From positions 49,607 through 113,606 of the IMG/VR virus record IMGVR_UViG_3300018080_000123: a stretch of 64,000 nucleotides of DNA, one strand, 5' to 3'. Source of the stretch: a virus. The translations under genes and the position numbers were made by a program. Below are positions 54,543 through 63,999 of this stretch, piece after piece. The notes beneath the pieces were generated by a model. That model was not told the origin of the DNA, made no database searches, and saw only the letters and a list, made by a program, of their open reading frames with translations. Each line of letters begins with the position of its first letter. Position 1 is the stretch's first letter.

Positions 54543-54733
54543 TAGTTAAAGCTCCTTTCTACTTTCTCAACCTTCCACATACTACGATCTCTATCAGAAA
54601 AAGTAGTTGCTTTAAGCTTACGAAAGGCTTTTTCAACAGCTTGCTCATCATTTTCGGCGTAGACTTCAACCTTGCCACTATACTGCTCGTAAAATCCAGA
54701 CACACTTCTCATATAGACATAGTATTTATTCAT
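54542..54733 (-). CDS. hypothetical protein (start moved to MNKYY)
   Basis: VEVYAENDEQAVEKA. Confidence 0.5.
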   Translation of the reverse strand: MNKYYVYMRSVSGFYEQYSGKVEVYAENDEQAVEKAFRKLKATTFSDRDRSMWKVEKVERSFN

Positions 54734-54959
54734 AATCTTTCCTTTCTGGAAAAGGTGCTTTCGGAGTCTTCCAAGGCTCACCACTGAAATAGTGCTTAGC
54801 AAAAGCATCAAAGAGGATCTGGTGTTGTTTGCTTTCCCTAGCCGCTACCTCTAGGCGATCAAGATAGGCTCTCCCAGCGCGCCATATGCGATGATCATCT
54901 GAGAACTCAAAATACCAATCGTGACTGTTGAGTGCGTCATAGAACTCTAATAGTGTCAT
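54726..54959 (-). CDS. conserved hypothetical phage protein
   Basis: HDWYFEFSDDHRIW motif, strong SD. Confidence 0.6.
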   Translation of the reverse strand: MTLLEFYDALNSHDWYFEFSDDHRIWRAGRAYLDRLEVAARESKQHQILFDAFAKHYFSGEPWKTPKAPFPERKDYE

Positions 54960-55062
54960 TTCAAACCCCTCCTCTAAAAAATCATTGCCATTGACAAGGC
55001 TATCATAATCACAAAAAAGATAATCGCATTGAGATCTTCCCAGTTCATTTTACTTCTCCTCT

Positions 55063-55443
55063 TCATTTCACCTCTCCTCTGCAAATAGGACACAATTTAC
55101 AAGCATTCTTCTTGTTTTTGAGTTGGCGCTCTAACCTTCTATCCCCTTTCCAGAGGCGGGCCACTTGAAAAGTAATCCCAGCTTCAACAATCACATTGAT
55201 AAGCCGAGCGCCATGACCCTGGAGATGCCGCTCTATTCTCTTTTCAAAACTCTCGGTATAGCCCAGATAATGTTTGGCATGCTTGTAAGGCGTGTCAAAG
55301 TGTAGTAGATAAATCGTGCCACAATTAGAAGCGGGCGGGTAGGGCTGTACCACAGCGTCCTGTGGCCTTCTTAGTTCCCCACCCCTTTCGGCTTGATCTT
55401 CAGCCTTGTTTGTATTCCCGCTCTCCATGGTAACTGCTTTCAT
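55063..55443 (-). CDS. small GIY-YIG-like endonuclease
   Basis: TIYLLHF...HYLGYT...RIERH...LERQLK...CPIC. Confidence 0.65.
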   Translation of the reverse strand: MKAVTMESGNTNKAEDQAERGGELRRPQDAVVQPYPPASNCGTIYLLHFDTPYKHAKHYLGYTESFEKRIERHLQGHGARLINVIVEAGITFQVARLWKGDRRLERQLKNKKNACKLCPICRGEVK

Positions 55444-55592
55444 TTTACATTTTCCTTTTGCTTTTTAAGATGCTGCCAACATAAACTATCTTTTTTACCT
55501 TTTCTTCCGCACTGGGCTTTGCTTCTATCCTTAAGCACAATTACTGCCTTACATCTGATCCTCGCCGGGGCATCTCTCCAGACTCTTTTCAT
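55440..55592 (-). CDS. small CCCH Zn-finger protein (50 aa)
   Basis: Not in the ORF track. MKRVWRDAPARIRCKA...QCGRKGKKDSLCWQH, AGGAG SD, ATGA overlap. Confidence 0.55.
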   Translation of the reverse strand: MKRVWRDAPARIRCKAVIVLKDRSKAQCGRKGKKDSLCWQHLKKQKENVK

Positions 55593-55601
55593 TCTTGTCT
55601 C

Positions 55602-55913
55602 CTACTTGCAAAAACGCTCTTCGTAACGATTGAGCCAATAACTGACAAACTCGCCAACCTCGCCCTTTGCCTTTTTCGAAAGCTTGTGCACGCCCTCAGT
55701 CCTCCGAATTCGGGCTTCGGCCAACTGACGCATCATTTTCTCTTGCGGCGTCTCAAAGCCTTCAACCTCAAGCGTTTTAACCTCGGCTTTTCCTTGCGCT
55801 AGCGGATCGACTGCTACGCTGGCGATAAACCAATTATCCATTCCAGCTCTCCGCGAGCGACGATTATTGGCTCTAATTAACCCTGAATCTTGTCTTTTGT
55901 TTGTATCTTGCAT
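55602..55913 (-). CDS. hypothetical early protein
   Basis: First gene after the promoter at 55939-55967, GGAGG SD. Confidence 0.6.
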   Translation of the reverse strand: MQDTNKRQDSGLIRANNRRSRRAGMDNWFIASVAVDPLAQGKAEVKTLEVEGFETPQEKMMRQLAEARIRRTEGVHKLSKKAKGEVGEFVSYWLNRYEERFCK

Positions 55914-55938
55914 CTTTGTTCCCTCCCTCTCTAATTAT

Positions 55939-55967
55939 ATTGTATACTATTTTGACAAAAAAAGCAA
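55939..55967 (-). promoter_or_regulatory. sigma70-type early promoter
   Basis: TTGCTT-N17-TACAAT-ATAAT, with an extra TTGACA upstream. Confidence 0.7.
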
Positions 55968-56000
55968 GAAAAAAGTGTCAAATAGTGTATTTTTTTTAGC

Positions 56001-56130
56001 CAATGATTTCATATAGTTAGGCATCTATGATTTCATCTCTTCTGTCTCTGTATAATCATTCATATTTTTCAGCCACAAAAAAAGAGCTATGATCTCATCT
56101 CTATTAGAATCTAGCTCCACGAAATCATTG
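56001..56130. repeat. direct and inverted repeats in the divergent intergenic region
   Basis: CTATGAT(T/C)TCATCTCT at 56025-56040 and 56087-56102; CAATGATTTC at 56001-56010 inverted at 56121-56130. Confidence 0.7.
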
Positions 56131-56309
56131 AGTTTTTTTATTCCTACTTTTTATTAAATATATCGTTGTATTCCTATATAATCACAGAATTATTCATTTT
56201 TCTTACCCTGAGCTCTAATATATGATAGGCTCCTTCCCACCTCCCGACAGTAGTATTATACAATGTAGTTAAGCTGGGCTATCAACTTTTTTCGATTTTT
56301 TTTGTTTTA

Positions 56310-56317
56310 TGTATAAT
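56310..56317 (+). promoter_or_regulatory. TGTATAAT promoter of the helicase gene (probably leaderless)
   Basis: Only 6 nt separate the motif from the ATG at 56324, and there is no SD. Confidence 0.5.
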
Positions 56318-56323
56318 CTCTAT

Positions 56324-57793
56324 ATGGTCAAGATCACTGTTAATAATAGCTACTCTAATATCGCGGGTCTGAGCGATAAGGATAAAACAGAGCTCAGCTT
56401 AAAGCTCTCCTATAAGAATACGTCTATTGAGTATAGCCTTAAACAGGTAGAAAAACAGATAAAGTATTTGTATGTAAAGCGTACAAGATGTGAGATAGAC
56501 GCTCAAGTAAATGAGTATGATAGAAAGATTAAGGAAAAGCTAAAGGCCGAGCGTTTCCTCAAGCATAAGCTTATTGTTAAGCTCCTCGATGTCAAAGATG
56601 GTTCTTTTCCAACAGGCCTATTAACTATGGTCAAGAAGTACTTGGACATTAGTAAAATTCCATATTCTATTTCTGACAAACGTAAGAAGCCAAAAAAAAC
56701 GCTCTATTTGCGCGATTTGATCGAAGAGCCTCCTCTGCGCTATTATCAAACCGAGGCCATCGATTTATGCATAGCTAAAAGTAGAGAAACGATAGAATCC
56801 GCCACCGGTACGGGAAAGACGCGAATGATTAACGAGGTAATTAAGCGTCTCGGGGTGCCAACTCTAATCATATGTCCTACTAACAACATTGTTGTGCAAA
56901 CCGCGGAGACCTTGGCTCTCAAGTTCGGTGGAAAGCATGTTGGAACTATAGGAGATAATAAGAAAGACCTTAACAAAAATATCACCGTCGCATGTGTCAT
57001 GAGTCTGCCTAATTTAGACGATGATTGGTTTAAGAGAATCCATTGTCTCATAATTGACGAGGTCCACCATAGCGCGGCCGAAACATACCAAGAGCTCAAC
57101 AAAAATAGCTTTAGTTCTATTTATCATCGTTTTTGTTTTTCTGGAACTGTGTTTCGCAACGACGGGGCTGATTTAGCTCTACTTGGAGTAACAAATGATA
57201 TTGGCTATCGATATTCCGCTCTTCAAGGCATTAGGGACGGGTATCTTGCTAGGCCTGTTTTTTATATCATCAACAATAAAGTCCAACCTCATTTTAGTAA
57301 AATGCCGTATAAGACAGCCTATCGCACACGCATTGTCGAAAACCAAAGACGCAACGACCTAATTGCCAGTCGTGCGATTAAAATGGCTAGCGCAGGTAAA
57401 TCAGTTCTAATCCTAGTGGATGAGATCAAACATGGAAAGCTCATTGGAAAGCTCTTAGAGGGAGCAAACTATAAATTCATTAGTTCTATGACTAAGTCCA
57501 ATATAAAAGTAATTCATAAATTTAACAATAAAGAAATTGATATTTTAATTGGAACGTCTGTAATTGGAGAAGGAGTAGACACAAAAATAACCGATATTTT
57601 ATTTATTGCTGGCGCCGGAAAAGCTAAAAGTAACATTATCCAAAAAATCGGACGCGCCTTAAGAATCGCTCCTAGCAAAAAGCATGCTATTATTATTGAT
57701 TTTAGCGATAACGGAAATTTCATATTTGAGAATCAAGCTAAACAACGTCAAAATATCTATCGAGAATACCATACTTTGATTGAGCACATATGA
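56324..57793 (+). CDS. SF2 DExH helicase (UvsW-like)
   Basis: LRYYQ, ATGTGKT, IIDEVHH, SGT, EGVD and QKIGRALR. Confidence 0.9.
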   Translation: MVKITVNNSYSNIAGLSDKDKTELSLKLSYKNTSIEYSLKQVEKQIKYLYVKRTRCEIDAQVNEYDRKIKEKLKAERFLKHKLIVKLLDVKDGSFPTGLLTMVKKYLDISKIPYSISDKRKKPKKTLYLRDLIEEPPLRYYQTEAIDLCIAKSRETIESATGTGKTRMINEVIKRLGVPTLIICPTNNIVVQTAETLALKFGGKHVGTIGDNKKDLNKNITVACVMSLPNLDDDWFKRIHCLIIDEVHHSAAETYQELNKNSFSSIYHRFCFSGTVFRNDGADLALLGVTNDIGYRYSALQGIRDGYLARPVFYIINNKVQPHFSKMPYKTAYRTRIVENQRRNDLIASRAIKMASAGKSVLILVDEIKHGKLIGKLLEGANYKFISSMTKSNIKVIHKFNNKEIDILIGTSVIGEGVDTKITDILFIAGAGKAKSNIIQKIGRALRIAPSKKHAIIIDFSDNGNFIFENQAKQRQNIYREYHTLIEHI

Positions 57794-58383
57794 CTAAGAA
57801 ATATGGAATAGTGTATATTATTACTAACTTAATTAACAACAAAAAATATATCGGGCAAACTACTCAATCTCTTCAACACAGATGGTGGACACATTACTAT
57901 TATAGACTTTGTCCGTGTCTCGGAAAAGCTATCAAAAAATACGGAAAAAAGCATTTTCAAATTAGAGAATTCTGTACTTGTTTTAATAAACACGAACTTG
58001 ATAGGCAAGAAATTAGATTAATTCAAAAATTTAACACTTCATCCCCCAATGGATATAACTTATCTTCTGGAGGAGCGTACGGAAAGCATGCCGAAGAATC
58101 AAAAAAGAAAATAAGCAGAGCTAAAAAAGGAAAACCAGGAAGAAAACATTCAGAAGAATTTAAAGAATACTTAAGACAAATTAACACAGGTAAAATAATG
58201 TCTAAAGAAGCTAGACACAAAGTCAGCCAAGCTCAACGAGGCAGAAAACGCTCAGAAGCAGCTAAAAGACATTTAAGTAGAATCAACAAAGGTAAAAAAC
58301 ATTCCGAACAAACAAAACAAAAAATGCACGAATCTCAAATCAAGCGCTGGCAAATAAGAAAACAGCAATTAACTTTAAAATAA
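57790..58383 (+). mobile_element. free-standing GIY-YIG homing endonuclease with NUMOD3 repeats
   Basis: GIVYIITNLINNKKYIGQT, NGYN, and repeated HSEExKxKxS units. Confidence 0.85.
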
Positions 58384-58385
58384 AT

Positions 58386-58408
58386 AAAAAGCCGCCCGAA
58401 GGCGGCTT
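58386..58408 (-). terminator. intrinsic terminator between convergent genes
   Basis: AAGCCGCC-TTCG-GGCGGCTTTTT on the minus strand. Confidence 0.85.
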
Positions 58409-58441
58409 ACATGCTCTAATGTCGAAACACAAGAGGGTGTC

Positions 58442-59095
58442 TTAAAAAATTCTCATTATCTTAATAAGACCTATATAAGCTGGTCTATTTTCCGATGTAT
58501 GGGAAAGAGCATCGTCGGTCCCGGGAGCAGAAGAATCTGTTACTCCAGTTGCAGGACCTGTATAATAATATTGATTAGAAGTCCACTCAGACCAAGTAAG
58601 AGGGCTAAATCCAGTTCCAGACTGACAAATTAATTCAGTTGCACAAAACTGAGTGCTTCCTCCTCCACTATTATAGCTATAATATCTATTTATTGCATTA
58701 TCATAATAAAAGATTCTAAAATTCAAAGTTCCAGGCCCATGAGTATGACTATTAACTGTATGACTATGATATAAGTCGACAGTGTCTACTCCTCCACTAT
58801 CACTTCCCATTACAGACATATCTTCTTTACCGCGACTAAATTTTCCTCTCAAATCGGGAGTATTGTCTCCGACCATAGAAGAACGGCTATCTGAAATAAC
58901 AGCTCCGTCGCATACTTGCCAATTATCAGGTAAATCGATTGTGGCATCTGTTCGATAATAATCTATAATAGCTCCAATCGGAGGAATCATAGCCAATACC
59001 GAAGCATTTACATCAAAATCGCTCGGCTCTTTTGCCGAAGGACTTTTTCGTGCTGATGCTCGACCTGCTCGCTTTTTAAAAGCTCCGCCTGCCAT
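58442..59095 (-). CDS. short tail-fibre protein with collar-like domain
   Basis: PIGAIID...WQVCDG...TPDLRGKF, HSHTVNSHTH and RPAYIGL. Confidence 0.75.
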   Translation of the reverse strand: MAGGAFKKRAGRASARKSPSAKEPSDFDVNASVLAMIPPIGAIIDYYRTDATIDLPDNWQVCDGAVISDSRSSMVGDNTPDLRGKFSRGKEDMSVMGSDSGGVDTVDLYHSHTVNSHTHGPGTLNFRIFYYDNAINRYYSYNSGGGSTQFCATELICQSGTGFSPLTWSEWTSNQYYYTGPATGVTDSSAPGTDDALSHTSENRPAYIGLIKIMRIF

Positions 59096-59104
59096 TTTAT
59101 CTCC

Positions 59105-59659
59105 TTAGAATATTTTTATTAGTTTAATAAGACCAACATAAGCCGGAACAACATCTTGAGAGCCAGATCCTGCACTGTCTGTTGAACCTGATGCTTGCCC
59201 ATTTTCTGTCCAGAATCTTGTGTTTCCAGTATCATAATACCAAATAACAGTATTGGTTGCATCGGATCCTGCTGCTCTTCCTGATCCATCAAATACACGA
59301 CACGCTGTTCCGTCTTGTTTATAGAATGTCATTTCTCTCCCAATACCGGTCCCCGGGAAATATGCAAATCTAAATTGCAAACTTCCACCTCCATGAGTGT
59401 GACTCAAGTTCTTAGTATCTGATCCTCCAGATGTTGCTCCTGCAGAAGTGTCAGCCTTCCCTCTGGTCATCTTATCTCTACAATCAGGGGTATTGACCCC
59501 ATTAAGAGAAGACCGAGCATCACTGATAAGACCGCCATCACACCACTGCCAGCCTTCAGGAATAGGGGTCCCGGCATCCTTACGATACCAGTCAATCACT
59601 GTTCCGACAGGCAAGGCATCTGAATGAAGACCTGGCACTTTACTTCTTGTAGGAGGCAT
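59105..59659 (-). CDS. short tail-fibre protein with collar-like domain (paralog)
   Basis: PVGTVID...WQWCDG...TPDCRDK, SHTH and PAYVGLIK. Confidence 0.75.
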   Translation of the reverse strand: MPPTRSKVPGLHSDALPVGTVIDWYRKDAGTPIPEGWQWCDGGLISDARSSLNGVNTPDCRDKMTRGKADTSAGATSGGSDTKNLSHTHGGGSLQFRFAYFPGTGIGREMTFYKQDGTACRVFDGSGRAAGSDATNTVIWYYDTGNTRFWTENGQASGSTDSAGSGSQDVVPAYVGLIKLIKIF

Positions 59660-59678
59660 TTTTTATTCCTTTTTATTT

Positions 59679-59987
59679 TTATGCATCTGGATCAATATCG
59701 GTAACATCTTCTTCTGAAGCCACGATTCCTTGACTCACAAGTTCTGCTTTAAGATCGTCGTATAAATCTTCCCTTGATTTCTCGCTGGCAGAAGAAACCG
59801 ACATGAGGACTTCAGATAGTCTAGCTTTAGAAGCATCTCGAGCCGACTTGTCTTTAAAAATACCTGCCATAACTTCATACTGAAGATTTCCGCTCATTGA
59901 ACAAAACATCTCAATGCGAAGAATTTTGATGTACGCTGTGGAACAGGTGTTCCCGAATTTGTCATTAAAAGAAATTTGTTGGCCCAT
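59679..59987 (-). CDS. putative tail-fibre assembly protein
   Basis: Small protein in the fibre cluster, AYIKI...LYDDLK. Confidence 0.4.
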   Translation of the reverse strand: MGQQISFNDKFGNTCSTAYIKILRIEMFCSMSGNLQYEVMAGIFKDKSARDASKARLSEVLMSVSSASEKSREDLYDDLKAELVSQGIVASEEDVTDIDPDA

Positions 59988-60013
59988 TTGTCGTCTCCTT
60001 TATTTAAAGTTAA

Positions 60014-60559
60014 TTATCGTCTTTCTACTGCTACTAGTCGAGCTCTATAAACTTTTGCATAGTAATCTGTAGCACTTGAAGAGCTTCTTGCCTGAATTTT
60101 ATACGTATATGTCCCTGCACTAATAATATCGGTAGTCTTGACAGATGTAACGCTATCTCTTATCAACAATTTATCAAACGGATCTTTTGTTGCACTTACA
60201 CCGGGCTCATAATAAGAAATAATTGTAGAATCTCGAACGATTACAAATTCGCCTCTAGTAGGGTAAGAAGAAGGAGTCTCATCAACTGCTTCAATAAACG
60301 TCTCTCGATCAGTCCCGTCAGATATTAAATAAATATCTACTGGCTTCCCAGATGTTGTAATTGTAACAAACAAATTTGTTACATCTTGAAAAGAAAACGA
60401 GTTGGTTGACCACGTTCCACAACTAGCGCTAATTGCAATTTCACCAAGCCCAGCAACAGGGGCTCCGCTTCCCATTGATGCCATTTTATTAACAGTAATA
60501 ATTCCATCTTCCTGGGTATAAATACTGCCGCGAAGCCCGGTTTTTACAATATTAGACAT
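60014..60559 (-). CDS. tail-associated beta-sandwich protein
   Basis: DVTNLFVTITTSG...AGTYTYKIQ. Confidence 0.55.
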   Translation of the reverse strand: MSNIVKTGLRGSIYTQEDGIITVNKMASMGSGAPVAGLGEIAISASCGTWSTNSFSFQDVTNLFVTITTSGKPVDIYLISDGTDRETFIEAVDETPSSYPTRGEFVIVRDSTIISYYEPGVSATKDPFDKLLIRDSVTSVKTTDIISAGTYTYKIQARSSSSATDYYAKVYRARLVAVERR

Positions 60560-63500
60560 TACGGATTCCTTATCACTAGCGCAGCAATAATGTTATCGTT
60601 CCCATTATCAACAACGCCGTTTGTATCATTGTCGTGAATAAAACCATTAATTATATTTTCATCAGCGCCTGCATCAATTACAATTCCTTCATCGTTAGCC
60701 ATAACCCTACAATCAATCTGACACCTGTCTGCTCCGCTACTGAGTTGAATTCCGTCTTGAAAATTTCGAATACGCATTTTGCTCAACCCAATTTCCGCCG
60801 CCGACAAAGTAAATGCATCGATACCGCTTGCTTTTCCCGGTCCAATAATTTCGGTGTTCCAACCTGAACCTTCAATTTCAATTCCAGCGATATTCAAATT
60901 AACAGTTGCAGCGAAATTAAATACCCCCGCGCCAACAAAGATTTTTCTCTCAACTGCTCCGCCGGCAAGGATGGCAGCATTAATTGCATCAATGAAAACT
61001 TGCTCGGTATCTCCAATAAAATCACCAATCGAGTTTACCCCATCCCCAATTGAAAGAACCGTTCTACCATCTAACCCAACCTCGCGCGCAATCTGGCCAG
61101 CTGGCTTTTTATAAATATGATATGTCGCGCCGACAACACCTGAAAGAATCTGAATTGTGTTAGGGCTATTTTCATCATAGTCAATATCTGGATGAATGCG
61201 AGCAGCTCCGGCATATACTTCAAGCTCAATACTATTTACAGCTGCATTTAGATTGTGATTAAGAGTTAGGCTTCCATCAGCATTCAAATCTCCGCCAATA
61301 ACAGGGCCAAAAGTATATCTTCCGCCAGTCGGTTCTTCGTCAGCATTATCTACTTTGTTATAAAGAACGGCAAATTTATCTAGTGAGCTAGTTGTCTGAA
61401 ACTGGTTTGCATGTCGATAGCGAACAATTAACTTCCCGCCTGAGAGATCGCTATCGCCAAGCCCCTGGAGTTCGCTTCCATATTGATCTGAGTTAACCAG
61501 AACAGGAACTGTCCAATGTCGGCCGCCATCTGTCGAAAGAATATAGCTTGCTTCATCGTCGTTATTAACGGCAAATAAAACAGCTTCATCAATTGGAGAG
61601 CGTGCCATAAAAGGAGTATCGTTGGGGTTTGTTACCCTGATGTATTGCGCGTCTAAAGTCGCTGTAACGCTTCCCCCATGACCCCACAACACATAAGATG
61701 TATCTGATCCAGAGTCGTTAAAAATATCATATTCTTGTTCGTCTTGAAGCACTCCATTCAGATACCATTTGAATGAATCATAATTAATTCGTTCAAGTCT
61801 AACTGTATGCCACTCATTAAGATTAATCGGCACAATTGGGGAGCCAGAGATTGTACTTCCGTTGTTTGTCATTCTAAGTGAAAGATTTCCGCCATTATTC
61901 CACAACGAAACATAAGCACACTTACGCGCAGCTCCAATTCGAATAATACTCATATCGGTTCCAACATTAACCGACATCGGGCGGAATCTCACTTCTATCG
62001 CTATATCGCCTTGGGCTAGCCTTCCAGAATTAATAGCATAATTTATCATTACTCCGGCGGCTGTAAAGCGACCAAAAGCTTCAGGCGTAGTCGTTCCATT
62101 TGGGAATGTTACTACATCAGTCCCGCTCTTATTCCACTGTAAAAAGAGATCTTCTAAATAATAATCACTTGGATCATCCTGAATTGATTCATTAGCTGCA
62201 TTAGGTTCAACAGTTCCTTCCCAACACCAGCTTCCGCGACTATTAAGAACTTTCGTTTCAATAATAGACATGTAAGCCCGATAGCTAACAAAATCCCATT
62301 CCGAAGTTGAGGTTGTTCCAGTTGAAGAATGGCCAAAAACTAAGCCCGGAGCGCTGCCGGTTGTTGGAAGATTGGCGTAGGGAATTGTAAACTGTAGTAC
62401 ATTATCGATAAAAACTTGAACACGATCTTGTCCAATTTTCTGCATTCGATAAGTGTGCCACTGGTCCCAATTTACATTTACTTCGGCCGGAGCTCCATCA
62501 ACGTCATTAACTGGACTTCCAGCATAATCATCAATTCTAATTTGCTTTGTTCCAACCACATCTCGGAACAACATTCTAAAAGGCTTATTTCCATTAATGC
62601 GAACGCTAAAATCATCGCCCGTTCCAAGAGTATTAGCTGTAATCCTCATTCGAAATTCAAGATCAACGTCTGCAGTATTATCAATCTCCGCTCTAAGAGC
62701 CTTAGTATAATAGCATGTGTCAGCCGCGCCAGGGACAGTAATAGTCAAAATTCCACTTGCAACCGCTCCCCCTCCGCCGCCGCCTGTACTTTCAACCCAA
62801 TCAATTCCGCTATATGAATAGGAATTCTGAGGTAAGGTTCGGGCTTCGTAAGTATGAATTTCTCCCTTCTCCGTAAAATCTCTTTGACTGGTAGCTACAT
62901 TATTGCTAGAATTTTGTGACTTGGACTCATTAACAAGACTCGGATGATTAACAGGATCAAATGGGACAAATGATGTGAAAGCAATTTCTTCCATATCATT
63001 TTCATTCAACAATTGCTCAAGCCCCGCCTCGCCTTCGCCGCCTCCCGAGCCAATCGGAAGCCAATTCGTCGTGCTTCCGTCGTCTTGTTTAACATAAACG
63101 CTAGCCGTATCGGCTTTGAAATATAAAGATGTCTTCGGAGCGTCAACGGGGATAGCTAACACATCTGTGACGCCAACGATAAAATATACATTTTGAGATG
63201 CGGCAGTATTTTCTAAAATATGAGTAGGTTCATTGGCTACGGGCTGAGCAGTAAGTAGATGTCCGTTTAAAATCCCGACATCATTACTGTCGTACAAGGT
63301 CATAATGTTCGTTGTTGCAATTCCATTCCCATTATTAAACAATAGATTACCGCTAGCGTTTAACCCAACAGTAAAATAATGAGAGCCAGTTCTTAAAATA
63401 TAACCAGAGTACGCTGTACCAGAGGTTGAATGAGTATAGAAAAGGGCGCGAGCCGCACTATTGGCCCCAGTTGAAGTGTTTTCCACAGAAAGAGCGACAA

Positions 63501-63690
63501 CCCCACCAGACTCTGCTCTTAGAATATTTAGATCGCCTTTTGATAGTTCCATTCGCTTATCGGAGTTATATAAGCGGGCCGTTTCAATTCCATTAACAAA
63601 GATAGCCGTATCAAGGCTTCCTTGCATCTGGGAGATGACATTGTTCTCAACTAATTGTGAGCTTTCACCTGGCTGTAATCTGATGGCCAT
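60559..63690 (-). CDS. large tail spike/receptor-binding protein with lectin-like domains and beta-helix C-terminus
   Basis: Two LamG/ConA-like segments (WHTYRM...VFIDNVLQ; WHTVRL...WYLNGVLQ) and IEIEGSGWNTEII followed by beta-helix-like repeats. Confidence 0.65.
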   Translation of the reverse strand: MAIRLQPGESSQLVENNVISQMQGSLDTAIFVNGIETARLYNSDKRMELSKGDLNILRAESGGVVALSVENTSTGANSAARALFYTHSTSGTAYSGYILRTGSHYFTVGLNASGNLLFNNGNGIATTNIMTLYDSNDVGILNGHLLTAQPVANEPTHILENTAASQNVYFIVGVTDVLAIPVDAPKTSLYFKADTASVYVKQDDGSTTNWLPIGSGGGEGEAGLEQLLNENDMEEIAFTSFVPFDPVNHPSLVNESKSQNSSNNVATSQRDFTEKGEIHTYEARTLPQNSYSYSGIDWVESTGGGGGGAVASGILTITVPGAADTCYYTKALRAEIDNTADVDLEFRMRITANTLGTGDDFSVRINGNKPFRMLFRDVVGTKQIRIDDYAGSPVNDVDGAPAEVNVNWDQWHTYRMQKIGQDRVQVFIDNVLQFTIPYANLPTTGSAPGLVFGHSSTGTTSTSEWDFVSYRAYMSIIETKVLNSRGSWCWEGTVEPNAANESIQDDPSDYYLEDLFLQWNKSGTDVVTFPNGTTTPEAFGRFTAAGVMINYAINSGRLAQGDIAIEVRFRPMSVNVGTDMSIIRIGAARKCAYVSLWNNGGNLSLRMTNNGSTISGSPIVPINLNEWHTVRLERINYDSFKWYLNGVLQDEQEYDIFNDSGSDTSYVLWGHGGSVTATLDAQYIRVTNPNDTPFMARSPIDEAVLFAVNNDDEASYILSTDGGRHWTVPVLVNSDQYGSELQGLGDSDLSGGKLIVRYRHANQFQTTSSLDKFAVLYNKVDNADEEPTGGRYTFGPVIGGDLNADGSLTLNHNLNAAVNSIELEVYAGAARIHPDIDYDENSPNTIQILSGVVGATYHIYKKPAGQIAREVGLDGRTVLSIGDGVNSIGDFIGDTEQVFIDAINAAILAGGAVERKIFVGAGVFNFAATVNLNIAGIEIEGSGWNTEIIGPGKASGIDAFTLSAAEIGLSKMRIRNFQDGIQLSSGADRCQIDCRVMANDEGIVIDAGADENIINGFIHDNDTNGVVDNGNDNIIAALVIRNP

Positions 63691-63738
63691 TAGTTACTCC
63701 TGTTTATATTTTTTATCATTGATTTATTATCCAATTCT

Positions 63739-63999
63739 CTATACGCCCATTTTAATAGTATCATCAGTCGTATCGTGCCACAATTCCCCAGCATTTGCTC
63801 CGGCTGCGCCTTGATTTATACCCGATTTTAGATTTGGTATAGAAACTGTAGGATCTCCAAAAGAAATCATACCGCTGCCCGTAGCTATAGCATAATTATT
63901 TGTAGCTCCTGTTATACCTCCGACATATAAGCCATATTTATTAATACCAGTATCTGCGCTACAAGAATCAACTCTCATAGCCGCATAATATGTAACTTC
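63739..63999 (-). CDS. tail-fibre protein, 5' truncated by the window edge
   Basis: Frame open to the end of the window; NKYGLYV..ITGATNNYAI and C-terminal GELWHD. Confidence 0.5.
   Translation of the reverse strand, partial: EVTYYAAMRVDSCSADTGINKYGLYVGGITGATNNYAIATGSGMISFGDPTVSIPNLKSGINQGAAGANAGELWHDTTDDTIKMGV

Noticed and set aside
82-55626. Numerous plus-strand ORFs in the track (e.g. 612-1103, 14123-14719, 16361-16702)
   Set aside because: They are antisense shadows of minus-strand genes, with S/F/L-rich composition and no recognisable motifs
56001-56130. CRISPR array
   Set aside because: Repeats are too short, too few and irregularly spaced, and there are no cas genes
58442-63999. Diversity-generating retroelement or invertase shufflon acting on the tail fibres
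   Set aside because: No reverse transcriptase or invertase, and no near-identical template/variable repeat pair seen
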